DNA from: Eutreptiella sp. 'Long Island Sound 2002'
Lineage: Eukaryota; Protista; Euglenida
Direction of reading: 5' to 3'
DNA length: 64,000 nucleotides
NCBI GenBank assembly: GCA_964036045.1
Contig: OZ038379.1
Coordinates: 24,800,001 to 24,864,000, forward strand
Shown one piece after another: positions 26,860 to 37,875 of this stretch; position 1 is the first letter of the stretch; the number at the start of each line of letters is the position of its first letter. A program made the translations under genes and the position numbers. Under the pieces are notes generated by a model that had not been told where the DNA came from, ran no database searches, and saw nothing but the letters and a program-made list of their open reading frames with translations.

Positions 26860-28100
26860 CTTCTTGGTGGTTGCACCTAGTACGTCGCCCTAGGCTGGGT
26901 GCGAGGGTTGTGCCGCGACCTAGGCTCGCCTCCTAGGCCACACCGAACCCCTCGGGCAATGTGGGGTGCTCCAGTGCCACAACCCACAAAGTGAGCACCT
27001 AGGAGCCTTTGGCCCAAAGTGTATTGGAGTATATGAAACTCCTGGCCGGTTGACACATGTCCGTAGTGCTGGCAGGGGATGGCCATGCCTATCCACCTCA
27101 CCGAGGGGACCTGGTGCATTGTGCCCCTTGCTTAGGCAGGGGGCTGCCCCTTGCTATGGCACCACTGGCTAGGGCCCAACACCCGGCCCACCCCTCCTCA
27201 ACATCTTCGCTCTACACCCCGCACGGCTCACACGGGATCACGAGCAGGCACACCACCTTGTTCACTGTACCAATAGGTGGCTATTTGGGGCTCGGCACCA
27301 TCATACTAGTAGCTACAATTGGGTTACCACGTGCTAGGGCTCTAGCCCGGTACCACCCACACTTGGCGCTCCTCACTGTGCAAGGAAGCTACAATAGTGG
27401 TGCACACCTCTGTGCCCCTTGCATCCCTTGCAGGCTGGCGCCCGATGCAAGTCGCAAAGTGTCCGCATTGGCTGGCAACACGCCTTGCCTCCCCCTATCC
27501 TTGCCCACGCCACCGCTGTCAGGGGGGGGGGGGGGCACTGGCTGGGGGTCCCAGGATGGGTGCATGTGGTCCCATCCTTGTCCCGCAATATGTTCCGATT
27601 CGACAAGTTCCCTGTGAAATAGTGGAATATGGAACATGACAAACTGGAGAACCACCTGCAACCGCGACCAATCATGGTCCTACACCTAGACAACACCATC
27701 AAACAAGGTCACAAACTTGTACACAAAACAAACGCCCTGAATCAGGGCACACCCGGCAAATTCGGGGATGATGTGCACAATGTATGTGCATACAAAGCCC
27801 ATAGCATGCCATGAACAAGTGGTCCACTCTATGCAACCATAACAGAGGTGCACCATGCGGCAATACGCCAAAACTAGTGAGCGAAAGGGTAGAGGCGGAA
27901 CCATGCCACCTGTCAGTCTGCCCATTACTGTCCGAGCCTCGCGGCCTTTTAGGCCGATCCCAGCCAGGAAACAACCCCTCACTAAACGCCGGTGCTCCCG
28001 GCTATCAAGTGGTAGGGATCCTAGGTTGTACCTTCTTGCCACATGGGCCATAACGTGCAGCAACTCATGTTGCGACTCAAGCGGAAGCGTGCGCCCAATG
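26860..28100 (-). mobile_element. Highly degenerate retroelement remnant (RT thumb/RNase H-like, DIRS/Ngaro-like)
   Basis: REARTVMGRLTGGMVPPLPFRSLVLAYCRMV resembles an RT thumb; many CTAG stops; no intact catalytic motif seen. Confidence 0.3.
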
Positions 28101-29659
28101 ACACGAAGAAGCCGCCCTTGGTGTTGTGCAACACAGGCTGTATGATGTATACATTTTCTAAGTTTGAAACACTCTGAAACTTATGGGGCCCCCGAACCTG
28201 ATTCAAATACCCCCCCTTCTGCAAAAAGAGGTCCTTCACCCCGTGCTTATTATGGACAGACCACACACCCTTTCTGTTTACATTCACCCCACAAATGGTG
28301 GTGGTATACAGTGCCCTAGAGACCTATGTTAAAACCAATATGTTTAATATTTGGTCAAAAATTCATGCGTTAACCCAAAGTTGACCCTTTTTGGGGGGGG
28401 GGGGGGTTGAGGGGTTCAAACAAGAAAAACAGCACCCCAGTCCACTCCCCAGCCTTGAGCGAGACCCGCGGCCAACAAGGCAATGAGTGCCTTTGCAGCC
28501 CATTTTACCCCCTCCCAACAGGCATAGGCATCCCATGCTGCTGCTGCTTCCAACCTCAATGTGGATGCTCAACAAGCACCACAGGCCAATGCAGGGAAGG
28601 GTGGAGGTAAGCCTGCCAAGTAGAGGGCTATTGGCTTGCGCAAGAGGCGGTACATTGGTTGTTCTATCTGTTCTGGCCTATCTATTGTGTGTATTTGATT
28701 TATACACCCGGCTCCTTCGTCTTGCGCTGTCTCTGCAGGTGTTGTTGCCATTTTGACACTTGGTTTAGTCTGTTTTAGTTGAGCTGGCAGAAATTTCGTC
28801 CAAGTTTGTTTGTTTTTGAAGAATACAGACTTCAATTTTAGGGTTTTGCAAGATCTGGCAGAAAATTTGTCCAGGGGTCCCTACATTGGGAAATAGAGAC
28901 CTCATTTATGATGACTGGATTTCGGTGACTGTCGGTTGACGGTTTTTGCACAGTCACACCCTATGTGTGTGACTGTGAGGGCCGTGACATCGTGTTTCTT
29001 GTCATGCAGGGCAGTGGTGCATGTTCCATATGTGTGGTACACTCGAAATGGTTGAATCATTACAAAAAGTGGCTGCAAGTGCAGTCCGCCTCATTATGCA
29101 TGCATGGTTATTGTGTGGCACTCCCTTGGATGTGGTTGCATGTGAATACCATCTTTGAAATGTAAAAGACTCCATTTCCCCTCACCAGGTGCAAGGGGTC
29201 CCCTAGGTGAAAAATTCATACCACATTTTTAGGTGTATCCCCCCTGGGCTAGCATGGCCCCTTGTAGCCCAGGGGGGTGGGGGGTTGGGGTGGGGGGTGG
29301 GGGTAGTTTGCGTGGCCTAAGTTAGGGTGCAGTTTGGTTGCATCACGTTAAAGACCTACGTTAAAACCAATATGGTTGATTTTAATTTTTGATATATGAA
29401 AGGGGGTAAAAATTAACCTGCCAAATATTAACACGCGAACCCATTTTTTGGTCATTTGCACCGCTTTGCTTGTGTGCATACCGTGCCCACTTCAAGTGTT
29501 TGGGTGGTCAAAGGGTGTCCAACGGGATGCTACACGGGTTGCATAGTCCTATAGGTGGTTATGTAGCCCCACACCTCCCTCTCCAGTCCCCCGACTCACC
29601 CCACTCCCAACCTCCTTTTTCCCTTGTGTACCTCTTGTTTTGCCTTTCTCTCGGGACAC

Positions 29660-30020
29660 ACTTCTCGAGCTTAGTATGACGCTCACGCGTTTGACTAGGG
29701 CCAAGAGTTTGCGTGACCCATTGGTCTCATAACTCCTTGGTGAGTGGGTGGCCTCATCCCCTTTGGCTAAGGCCCGTTGGTACGAGGCCACTGAGGTTGG
29801 CCAACTCCCCCTCATCCGCGACAAACAAATAGAGGCCGTGAAGCAATATGCCTCTGTCCTCTTCCCGGCACCCGAGTTGATCGGGCTAAATATGGACTTG
29901 AATGTCCCCAAGTCCGGCTTCCGGCATGTGTCGGAGTTCATGACCCGCCGGGGAGCTGCTTACACCGCCGCAACGGGCCTCACATTCCTCTGACCCATTC
30001 CTCCACATGACCGCTTCACT
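29660..30020 (+). pseudogene. Transib/RAG1-like transposase, N-terminal fragment
   Basis: ELIGLNMDLNVPKSGFRHVSEF..TFL*PIPPHDRFTTTWKELVKP resembles the Transib/RAG1 segment A+.+...L+..Y..+....++PS...+..+K.+.P; two stops. Confidence 0.4.
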
Positions 30021-30780
30021 ACCACATGGAAGGAGTTGGTGAAGCCCCACACTCCATAGCCGCACACAACACAGCCGCACACACCACAACCGCATACACC
30101 ATAGCTCCACACACCCCAGCCCTGTACACTGCATCACCACACCCACAACCCCACACACCCCAGTCTGACAGTCCAAAGGCCCACACACCATATATAGGCG
30201 CACACACTAAAGCCCCACATTGCCCCCATTGTTTCCAGTTAATTTTTTGGCCGCCACCGTTAATATCGGCAAGTTCATGTTTAATTTTTAGACCGGCGTT
30301 CGAAGTATTAAAATTAACGATTAATATTACCATTCAAGAAATTAAAAAATTGCCCTCAGTCCCTCCTGCACTTTTTTTTTGCACCCATAATGCGCTACAA
30401 CCCACTAATGTGCCGCAATGCACCCCCACAGCATCCCCACCCACCCATGCAACAACCCCACACACCATATCACCAAAACCCACAGAGCAAGGCCCAGTAC
30501 ACTGCAGCCCCACACAGCACAGTCCCGCACACCAGGGCCCGGGAGACCACATGCCCACACACCACAGCCCAACACAGTATAGCCCCACACGCCACAGCCC
30601 CGCAAACCACAGCTGCACACACCACACCCCTAGAAATCACACCCCCACACACCGCAGCCCCACACACGACGCCACACACGACAGCCCCACACATCACATC
30701 CTCACACACCACAGCCCAAGAAACCGCATCCCCACACACCACAGCCCCGTACGCCACATCCCCACACAACACACTACCAA
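30020..30780 (+). repeat. Degenerate ~15-bp A/C-rich minisatellite (CCACACACCACAGCC-like)
   Basis: Reads as TTAPH-like pentapeptide repeats in ORF 30390-30821; interrupted by an AT-rich block at ~30230-30350. Confidence 0.7.
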
Positions 30781-30899
30781 GGGCGGGGGGGGGGGGGGGT
30801 GGCATTGCAAACAAAGCCTGAACTAGCCGCTTTATTTGCTTTGGGGCAATCTACACCCTACAACCCAGCCACAATGCACATGCACACACGCACCCACCC

Positions 30900-30919
30900 A
30901 CCCACACACACACACACCC

Positions 30920-31005
<86 letters not shown>
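30900..31005. repeat. (CA)n microsatellite, roughly 50 units
   Basis: Directly visible. Confidence 0.97.
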
Positions 31006-31008
<3 letters not shown>

Positions 31009-31433
31009 GACACACATGCCTCCAAGCTGTTTTGATTGGTCCTGCCTACAAAACTGTTGTGAGGAACATCTCCAAAAGACCTGCAGAAAGAAAGGGGCAA
31101 ACCCTCCCAAACCCAAATCCCAAGGGCAAGGGGAGGAAAGAAGAAGGATCATAGAGGGATGTGTGTGGGAGCGGAGAGGTATAGGGGGGTGCCAACATCC
31201 TTGTGTGTGTGTGTGCAGAAAAAGAGGGGGGACATCCACTTTAGTAAGGCACAAGAATTATGCATGCCCTCTAGTGTGTTTGGCTTGTTGTTGTGCATTT
31301 GTAGGAGAGATTAATATTTGCGGCAGTGTATTAATTTTTCGCAGGTTGACATTAATGCCGGCGACTGATTAATGTTTAATATTTCAAAAATTAGTTGAAA
31401 AAGTAAAATCAAAAATTAATCCCGAGGACCGTT

Positions 31434-32450
31434 TTAATGTTTTTTCCGCAAGGAAACCGGTGACCCCCCCCCCCAACCCCTGGGTGAAAATGGCACCCGA
31501 TCCCGTAAGGCACCCCACGGCGCGGGAGTGCCATTGGCACCGCTTTGTTTTTTTTTTGCCTCAGCTAGTGTGTCTTCACCCCCCCCGATACCTAATCCCT
31601 TAGCCGGGGGGCGCTTCTGCGTGTCAACTCCCTCTTCCTCGTGTGAGGGGGCCTCCTCTTCTTGCTCTACATACCTCATTCCGTAACAATCCACTAGAAA
31701 GAGGTCGTCTAGGTCATCACAGGCCCTATCCCAAATAATGGGCGCCACAGAGGCGCAGTTTGACACACCAACCCTCAGATCACTAACAAAGGCCTCTAGC
31801 ACTGCTTTGTCTTCAGACAAATACGCTACACCAATGTTAACTGGGAACACACTCTGCACACACTATGCTGCGGCAAAATCTGGTTGTTGTGTGGCAACCA
31901 TGATCCACGTGCTGTTCTCCTTCACTAAATTCACATGAAATAGCAAAAAAATATACAATTTGAATAGGAAGGGGACTTGACACCGGACCCTCTATAAACG
32001 ACATATAGCGGGGCAGACGGGAATTGAATTGGTGCAAACTGCAGAGTGCCAATGTAGACTATCCCATGCTGCAGACTACAGAACCCTTAGAGAGGTTGTA
32101 GACACAAAAATCAGCATGGAAAAACTCCTCGGAACAGGCAACCTTCAAATTACCAATACATGCTCGCACATTTGCAGTTTTGCCTAGCACAGCAATTAGA
32201 ACACCATTCAGCAAAAAATGAGCCACCATATTGTGCACCGCAAGGGCCCACATACGTGGGACCTCAATCAAACAGCAGACAAAGGGCAGTGCACTAACAA
32301 ATGTGGGGACTGGGCAACCATATGACAGAGGGAGTACTTCCAGTCTGCCGTCTTCTTTCAGAATCTTCCCTATGGCAGTCTCAACAATAGTGTCACCCAG
32401 GCTAACGATGATATGCCCACCATCGGCTTTCTCAAAATGTGGCCTCGTAC
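31434..32450 (-). pseudogene. Frameshifted orphan gene remnant inside the TE cluster
   Basis: Protein-like open frames HFEKADGGHIIVSLGD..SEEFFHADFCVY, LQHGIVYIGTLQFAP and LVKENSTWIMVA..VNIGVAYLSEDKAVLEAF in successive frames. Confidence 0.4.
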
Positions 32451-32507
32451 GAGGGGACCGTGGAGGGCCTCACCATCGCCCGCCCCGTCAAGCCGTTTGT
32501 GAATGTA

Positions 32508-33133
32508 ATTGGAATGGTGGGACATCCTCTTCCACCACTGCTGCTAAGGAATGTATTGCAATGAGTACTATTCTGCTGATGCATGCATGCATGCATATAA
32601 TACCTTCTGACAAGTGGTTGACTACTGAGTACCTGCGTATCTATAGTGTGGCACTGTTGTTCTTGTCCGACTGGCACAGCCGCGCATTTGGCTGTCCGTT
32701 TCATGAGGAGTATGGCGAGGCGATGTTGAGCCGTCTACTCATGAGGTCAAAGGAGGTTGGCAATGCGCCGTCGGTGCAACAAACGTTTGACATTTTTCGA
32801 ACACTGCCACCCACACTACCGGGGCAGAAAAATTATGCTAGTGTTTTGACCGTTCAAAAGTACACTAGAAATGTCCGCCTGTTCATTCAGAATGTATCAC
32901 ATGCCTGCTTCTCTGTTCCTGTTTTTCAAGAGGACAAATATCTGGGTGAACGGCTTGAGGAAGCCGTTGCCATGCGTTTGTCAGGAGTGTTGTCCCGTGC
33001 TCAAGTTAAAGAGCAAGATTTTGCCAAACTGCTTACGCATAACCTTAGGTGTCTCATTGCAAGGACACAAATACCAAATGGTGTGGAGGATTTTCTTTAC
33101 ACCTATGCTCAAAAACGTTATGATGTGGATTAG
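32508..33133 (+). pseudogene. Transib/RAG1-like transposase, C-terminal fragment
   Basis: EWWDILFHHCC*GMYCNEYY.. then DKWLTTEYLRIY..FHEEYGEAMLSRL; EE..EA resembles the third catalytic E of Transib (SEEAQEARNK). Confidence 0.4.
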
Positions 33134-33889
33134 AGGCAACACAATGTGCAGTAGCAGAACATTAACAACGCAAGCGCCAATGCCCCAAAAGCTCCACCGA
33201 AGCAAGCCCGCCGTGGGTAGCTTGCAGCACCCCCTCACCACCACCAGCCCCGCCCCCCCCCTCCCCCTGCTCCACCCGCCCCCGCCCCCCTGATGCCTGC
33301 GCCTGCACTTGTTGATGATTTCAATTGTGTGGAGAGTGCCGGTGATGGGCCTAAAGAGGTTTAGAGTGACTCGTCCCTGGAGATGCTTGATGGAAATGTT
33401 GAATTGGGACATAGTACATAGTTTTGGGATTAAATTGCCTTTGTTATTTGTTGTTATGTCTCAAAGTTGGACTATATTTCGTCCGGCTTTCGGATTTCGT
33501 GATTTCATTGTATCATTTGCTGTCATTGTCGAAGCTAGACTAAATTACGTCCAAACCCGCCTTTGTTGTGAATTTGCCATTCTGTAGCACCGCCCCGTCG
33601 CTGTTGCACAGCTACTAATTTCTGTCCGACCTGTAATATTGTTTATATTCTGCAGAATAGTGTTCCTGATTTCCTCACATCAACAGTGCCCGTGAGTGTC
33701 TTTTGCTATGTTCAAGCTACGTTTGCAACTAATGAGTCTGAAAATGTCTTTCTTGAGCCCACGGACTAGACCAATGATGAGGCACCCACAAATGGAACTC
33801 AAGAATATGATCCGCTTGAGACGCAGCTGAAGAAGCAGCCCCCCGAACCTCTTGCGAAGCCAAAGCCAAACGCGAAGCCAAAAGGGAAG

Positions 33890-34445
33890 GCTAATATTTG
33901 TCTGGCTGACTACCTCACTTCAACCAAGCGCATTCGGGTTTGTTGGGATCAAATTCTGATTGATACTTCGTGTACTAAAGGTTAGGTTCGTGGGCTGAAC
34001 CCCGATCGCGTCCGAGAGCGCTATGAGGATTTACTACGGGCACCACCCCCTGATATTATAGACGATTTATTATTGGTACCTGGAGTCCGTACGTTCCGCA
34101 CATGTGTACTCGTCGGCCAGTGTCATTGTACTGTTTACTGTACTCACTGCTGTTGTCTGTTTAGTTGGCTTTTGGTATGCCAGTGGGGGTCAGCACATCT
34201 GCATAGCTACCATGCAGCATCGCAAGGAAATGGAAAAGAAACATCACCCATTGCCAACTTGGACAAAAGAAGTTGAAGCCCCTGAAATTAAATGTGCCAC
34301 ACCGTTACCCATCCGAAGAGAGCTGGCAGGGCTTCATCAAGTGCAGACCACAAGCAGCTCTGTGTCAACCACCACTGAACGCATGCAGCTTCTTTTGGAG
34401 CACATTGCAGAGGACCAAGGTGTCCCACTATTGACCCATGTTTAA
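33890..34445 (+). pseudogene. Spliced ParB-like domain gene remnant
   Basis: G*VRGLNPDRV..LLRAPPP..LLLVPGV, a 76-nt GT-AG intron (34089-34164), then LGFWYASGGQHICIA..TPLPIRRELAGLHQ; GQ+R, GGQH and R..LAG.H follow the ParB-like pattern. Confidence 0.55.
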
Positions 34446-35502
34446 AATATGCCGACGGAAGTGGGAATGACAGCCGAAGAAGGCTCTATGGTGTGTGGCA
34501 CATGTTTCCAGTGTTAATTGTCGATACCGATCTCATTGAGCATTATTCCATCATCTGCTTGTCTCTCAAGGCCACAGTAGCTAAACGCTGGGCCAGGTTA
34601 GGAAAACTGGTGAAATTTGTGTGGCAACACGGTGTTGACACGGTGTATGGCATGGAAAAGAGAAGTCTGGAGCCTGCTTTTGGTGTTCTCAAGGAGTGTG
34701 AGGGCTTCATGCCTGATAGGCTATCTAGTATTGTGTTGTACACCTAGCAACAAGAGTACCATCTCGGGAATCAAACGTGAAATCAAAATTGCCCGGCCGG
34801 AACAATTGTGGAGCTGGCATGTGTTGCACCGGGATGCAGTTACAGAGGGTTTTGTTCATGCAAGCAAGGGTATGCCATTGTGCTGTTCCTTCGAGTTAAT
34901 GTTACTTTTACATGTGTATCCCGATTTGTCGTGAAAGCTGGACTAAATTTTGTCCAGCCTCGCCCGTTCCTGGGTATGCACATATTGCTTTTTCACCGTG
35001 CATTTTGTGATCTGCTGCACCAATTTGGGTACAATTACCTTGTGCAAAGAACACTGTCGCATTATGGCCCATATCCGTGTGATGTATGGTAGCTGGATTT
35101 GGAAAGAGGAGTCACCATGGCCTCGTTGGGCCTTTGTTATCAGGGCCCCTTTTTGGTGTTCCTAGATGTATGAAGGGTTGAGAGCTAGGCTCCGGAAGCC
35201 CCGAGTCACACCTCCTGCCCCGGGTCATACACCCCCCCCTCCCCCAAATGGATTCCCCCTGGGGGATGCACTCCAACTTGCGCCTCGAGCGCTACAGCTT
35301 CACCCGCCCCCTTTCCTCCCAGTGGAGGAAGCACGGTTCCCAATGGGACCCCCGCATCAAGGCCCCGCGCGGGCCCGTAAAAACTTTGGCCTGCGTCGAA
35401 TCCGGGGCCCCAATTGGTTCCGGGGATGGGGGACAGGGGCCTTGCCGGCAGGGGTTTCCATGACCATGCCCCCCCTGTGTGCCGCCAGGCCCCCCCCGCA
35501 CC

Positions 35503-35970
35503 CTTGTTGCGGATGCGGTGCCGCAAAAGGCGGCGAAATGCCCAGCGCAGGCGGATGTAAGAAATCTTCATGTCAATCAAAACCGGCACAATCCGTCTTG
35601 TCCTGAGGTGCAGACATTCGAGCCCCATGACAAATTCAAGTAACTCAACATGATTTCCACATTTAAATTCTGACAACAAAAAAGGCCTCAAGTTGAGGGA
35701 CACAAGTGCAGTACCAGCCAAATCGAGCAGTGCACAAACCCAGGTCCTCACCACAGGTCCATCTGGTACTGCACTACTTTGTAGAAACAACCCAACACAG
35801 CGGACAAAATAGGCAATGACTGGAGGGACTGCGTGTGCAACAACATCCAAATCAGGCAGACCGGGGTATTGTGGTAGCTGAGTAGTGTGCAAAACAGCGA
35901 CTGCGGTCACATTCAAGCTCTTCTCAGGGTTGTGGGGGTCAACCCCACTGATGTAGCGACGGTAATTGTA
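35503..35970 (-). CDS. TIR-domain-like open frame (within ORF 35206-36129)
   Basis: GLFLQSSAVPDG..LVSLNLRPFLLSEFKC..VELLEF..RRIVPVLID aligns by eye to TIR betaB/BB-loop/betaC-alphaC/betaD; no stops. Confidence 0.35.
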
Positions 35971-36104
35971 GGGTGAAGGAGGAGGAGGCCGCGACCGACA
36001 CGGAGGAGGTAAAGGCCTAGATGGAGGACATGGCAGTGGAGGGGGACGCAGGGGGTGGCGGGGGGAGGGGGTTTTGGTTGTGACCCCGTGGTTGAGGGGG
36101 GAGG

Positions 36105-36610
36105 CCGGCCATGCATGGCCCTGAGCCACGCCAACCAGCGCAATGTGCCGACCCTCCCCTGGGTGCAGGGAGTGCTGGACAGTGGGTACTCCCCCGATGC
36201 CCCCCTTTTTTCGAGCCCCGAGGTGACTTTTCTATGCATTGTTGAAGATGTCCTACGGACCTAGCCAGGCCCCTTGGCATGCAGACCAGTTTTTATCGGG
36301 ACACCCATTAATGTATGGGCTCTGGCACCCATACAAGTACTCCGTGGAAATGGCCCACAAAGCATTTATACCAGTTGTTAAATTTCTCGAGCAAGGTGGG
36401 ACCTGAAGGTCGGGGCCGTGGTACCACGTAAAGTGAAGTTGCGACACATGGAGAAAACAAATGGTCGGCTGCTGCTTGCCACTGCTGCCCACAAGGCTCG
36501 GTTTGATAGTACGACACAGGTGCTCTTGGACAATTATAGAGAACTAAGTGATGTGCAAAGGGTAGGTCTAAGATGCCTCCTGGGACTGAAAGCCTTGTTG
36601 TATTCCTATT
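36105..36610 (+). pseudogene. Transposase central fragment (YGLWHPYKY motif), probably the same family as the 29.7 and 32.5 kb pieces
   Basis: Frameshifted reading ..GHPLMYGLWHPYKYSVEMAHKAFIPVVKFLEQG/..KVKLRHMEKT..LLGLKALLYSY; a conserved-looking WH motif as in RNase H-fold transposases. Confidence 0.4.
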
Positions 36611-36896
36611 CCCCTTGGCCGGGCAGCCCCGGCCACCAGCAGCACCACGGCCCCTACGGGCACCCCCCAAGGCACCCCTCCCAGCGCAGCTGCGCATTTC
36701 CCGACCGCCTTGGGCGCCATAGGCACCGTTGGACCAGAGCCGGATTTCGAGGTATTCGTGTTCATAATTCGTTCATAATTCGTTCATATTTTAGCGTTCA
36801 TAATTCAAGGACCCTGCACTGCCCCCTTATGAACCATGAACGCGTTTTATGAACGCGTTTTATGAACGCATTTTATGAACGGCGCTGTCACAGGTC

Positions 36897-37875
36897 ATGG
36901 ACGTGGAAGTGAACCCGGCGGACGTCGCGGGGGTCCGCATCTGCTACCGGCTGGGCACCGCCGAGTTCAGCATCGCCCTGCCCGCCCTAAACCAGCTGCT
37001 GCTCCTCAACCCGCAATGGGGGTGCTCTATCGTGTCCGGATTGCGGGAGTGGGAGCGATCCCGCCGCCTAACGGACACTTGGGCGGCAAATACGCCGTGC
37101 TGGGCTAGCTTGGGTGAGTTGGGGTGGGACGGATGTGCTAGCAAGGACATCCTGCTTTCCAGTTGTGGGTTGAGCCCCCTCAGGCCCCGCAGCATCTCCC
37201 CAGCAAAGCCCCCCCCCCCCGCCGAGAAACCCCAACCCCTTGCCCTGCCCCCCCCCCCCCCCCCCAAAACCCGACCAACCCAAAAAAGCCCCCCACGCAG
37301 AAGCGCAAGTCCTTCGAATCGGGCAGCAGCTCATCGTCCAAGCAGGCACTCCCCCGTGGACATGTGAAGGTGGTGAAGGGGAAGCAGCCGCAACAGCAAA
37401 AGCAGCGCGAGGAAACCCCCTCTTTGGAGGGGGATGAGTCACCTGACCACCTGCTTGGTGAACAGCTTTATGTGCCCTACACCGATGGTGTCTACCCGGG
37501 GGTTGTAACCCCGGTTGTGGGGGGGGGGGGGGGGTGTGGGTGGAACACCCGGGGGAAAAGGAGATGTTTCGGGTTGAGAGGCATCTGTTGTATGCCTGTA
37601 ATGCTGAAGCAGTGACCCATTGGGAGCAGCAGAAGGCTACACCTGCAAGTAAGAAGGCCGCCAAGGCCAAAAAGAAGCCTAACCCCAAACCGGACGCTGA
37701 CCCGCCGGCTGAGCCGGCCCCCAAGCCAGCTAAGGCAGAACCCAAGCTTGAGGCTAAGCAGGCCCCTCAGCCCCAGCCCAAAGCTGCCCCTGAGGCCGCC
37801 CCCATGGAGGTGGATGCCCCAGCGCAACCCTCGGCCAAACCCGCAACCCAACCACCTGCCCAAACCCATGCCTAG
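36897..37875 (+). pseudogene. Gene with Tudor-like (SH3-fold) domain and K/P/A-rich tail, frameshifted at homopolymers
   Basis: ORFs 36897-37367, 37163-37615 and 37534-37875 join across C/G runs; LGEQLYVPYTDGVYPGVVT..WVEHPGEKEMFRVERHLLY; flanked by TTCATAA/TTATGAAC arrays. Confidence 0.45.

Noticed and set aside
32231-32500. N-terminal part of the 300-aa plus-strand ORF
   Set aside because: It is the antisense shadow of a more protein-like minus-strand frame.
35560-35680. Protein kinase reading of GLECLH..IDMK
   Set aside because: Spacing from the putative hinge is far too short and HRD/DFG motifs are absent; TIR spacing fits better, though that is also tentative.
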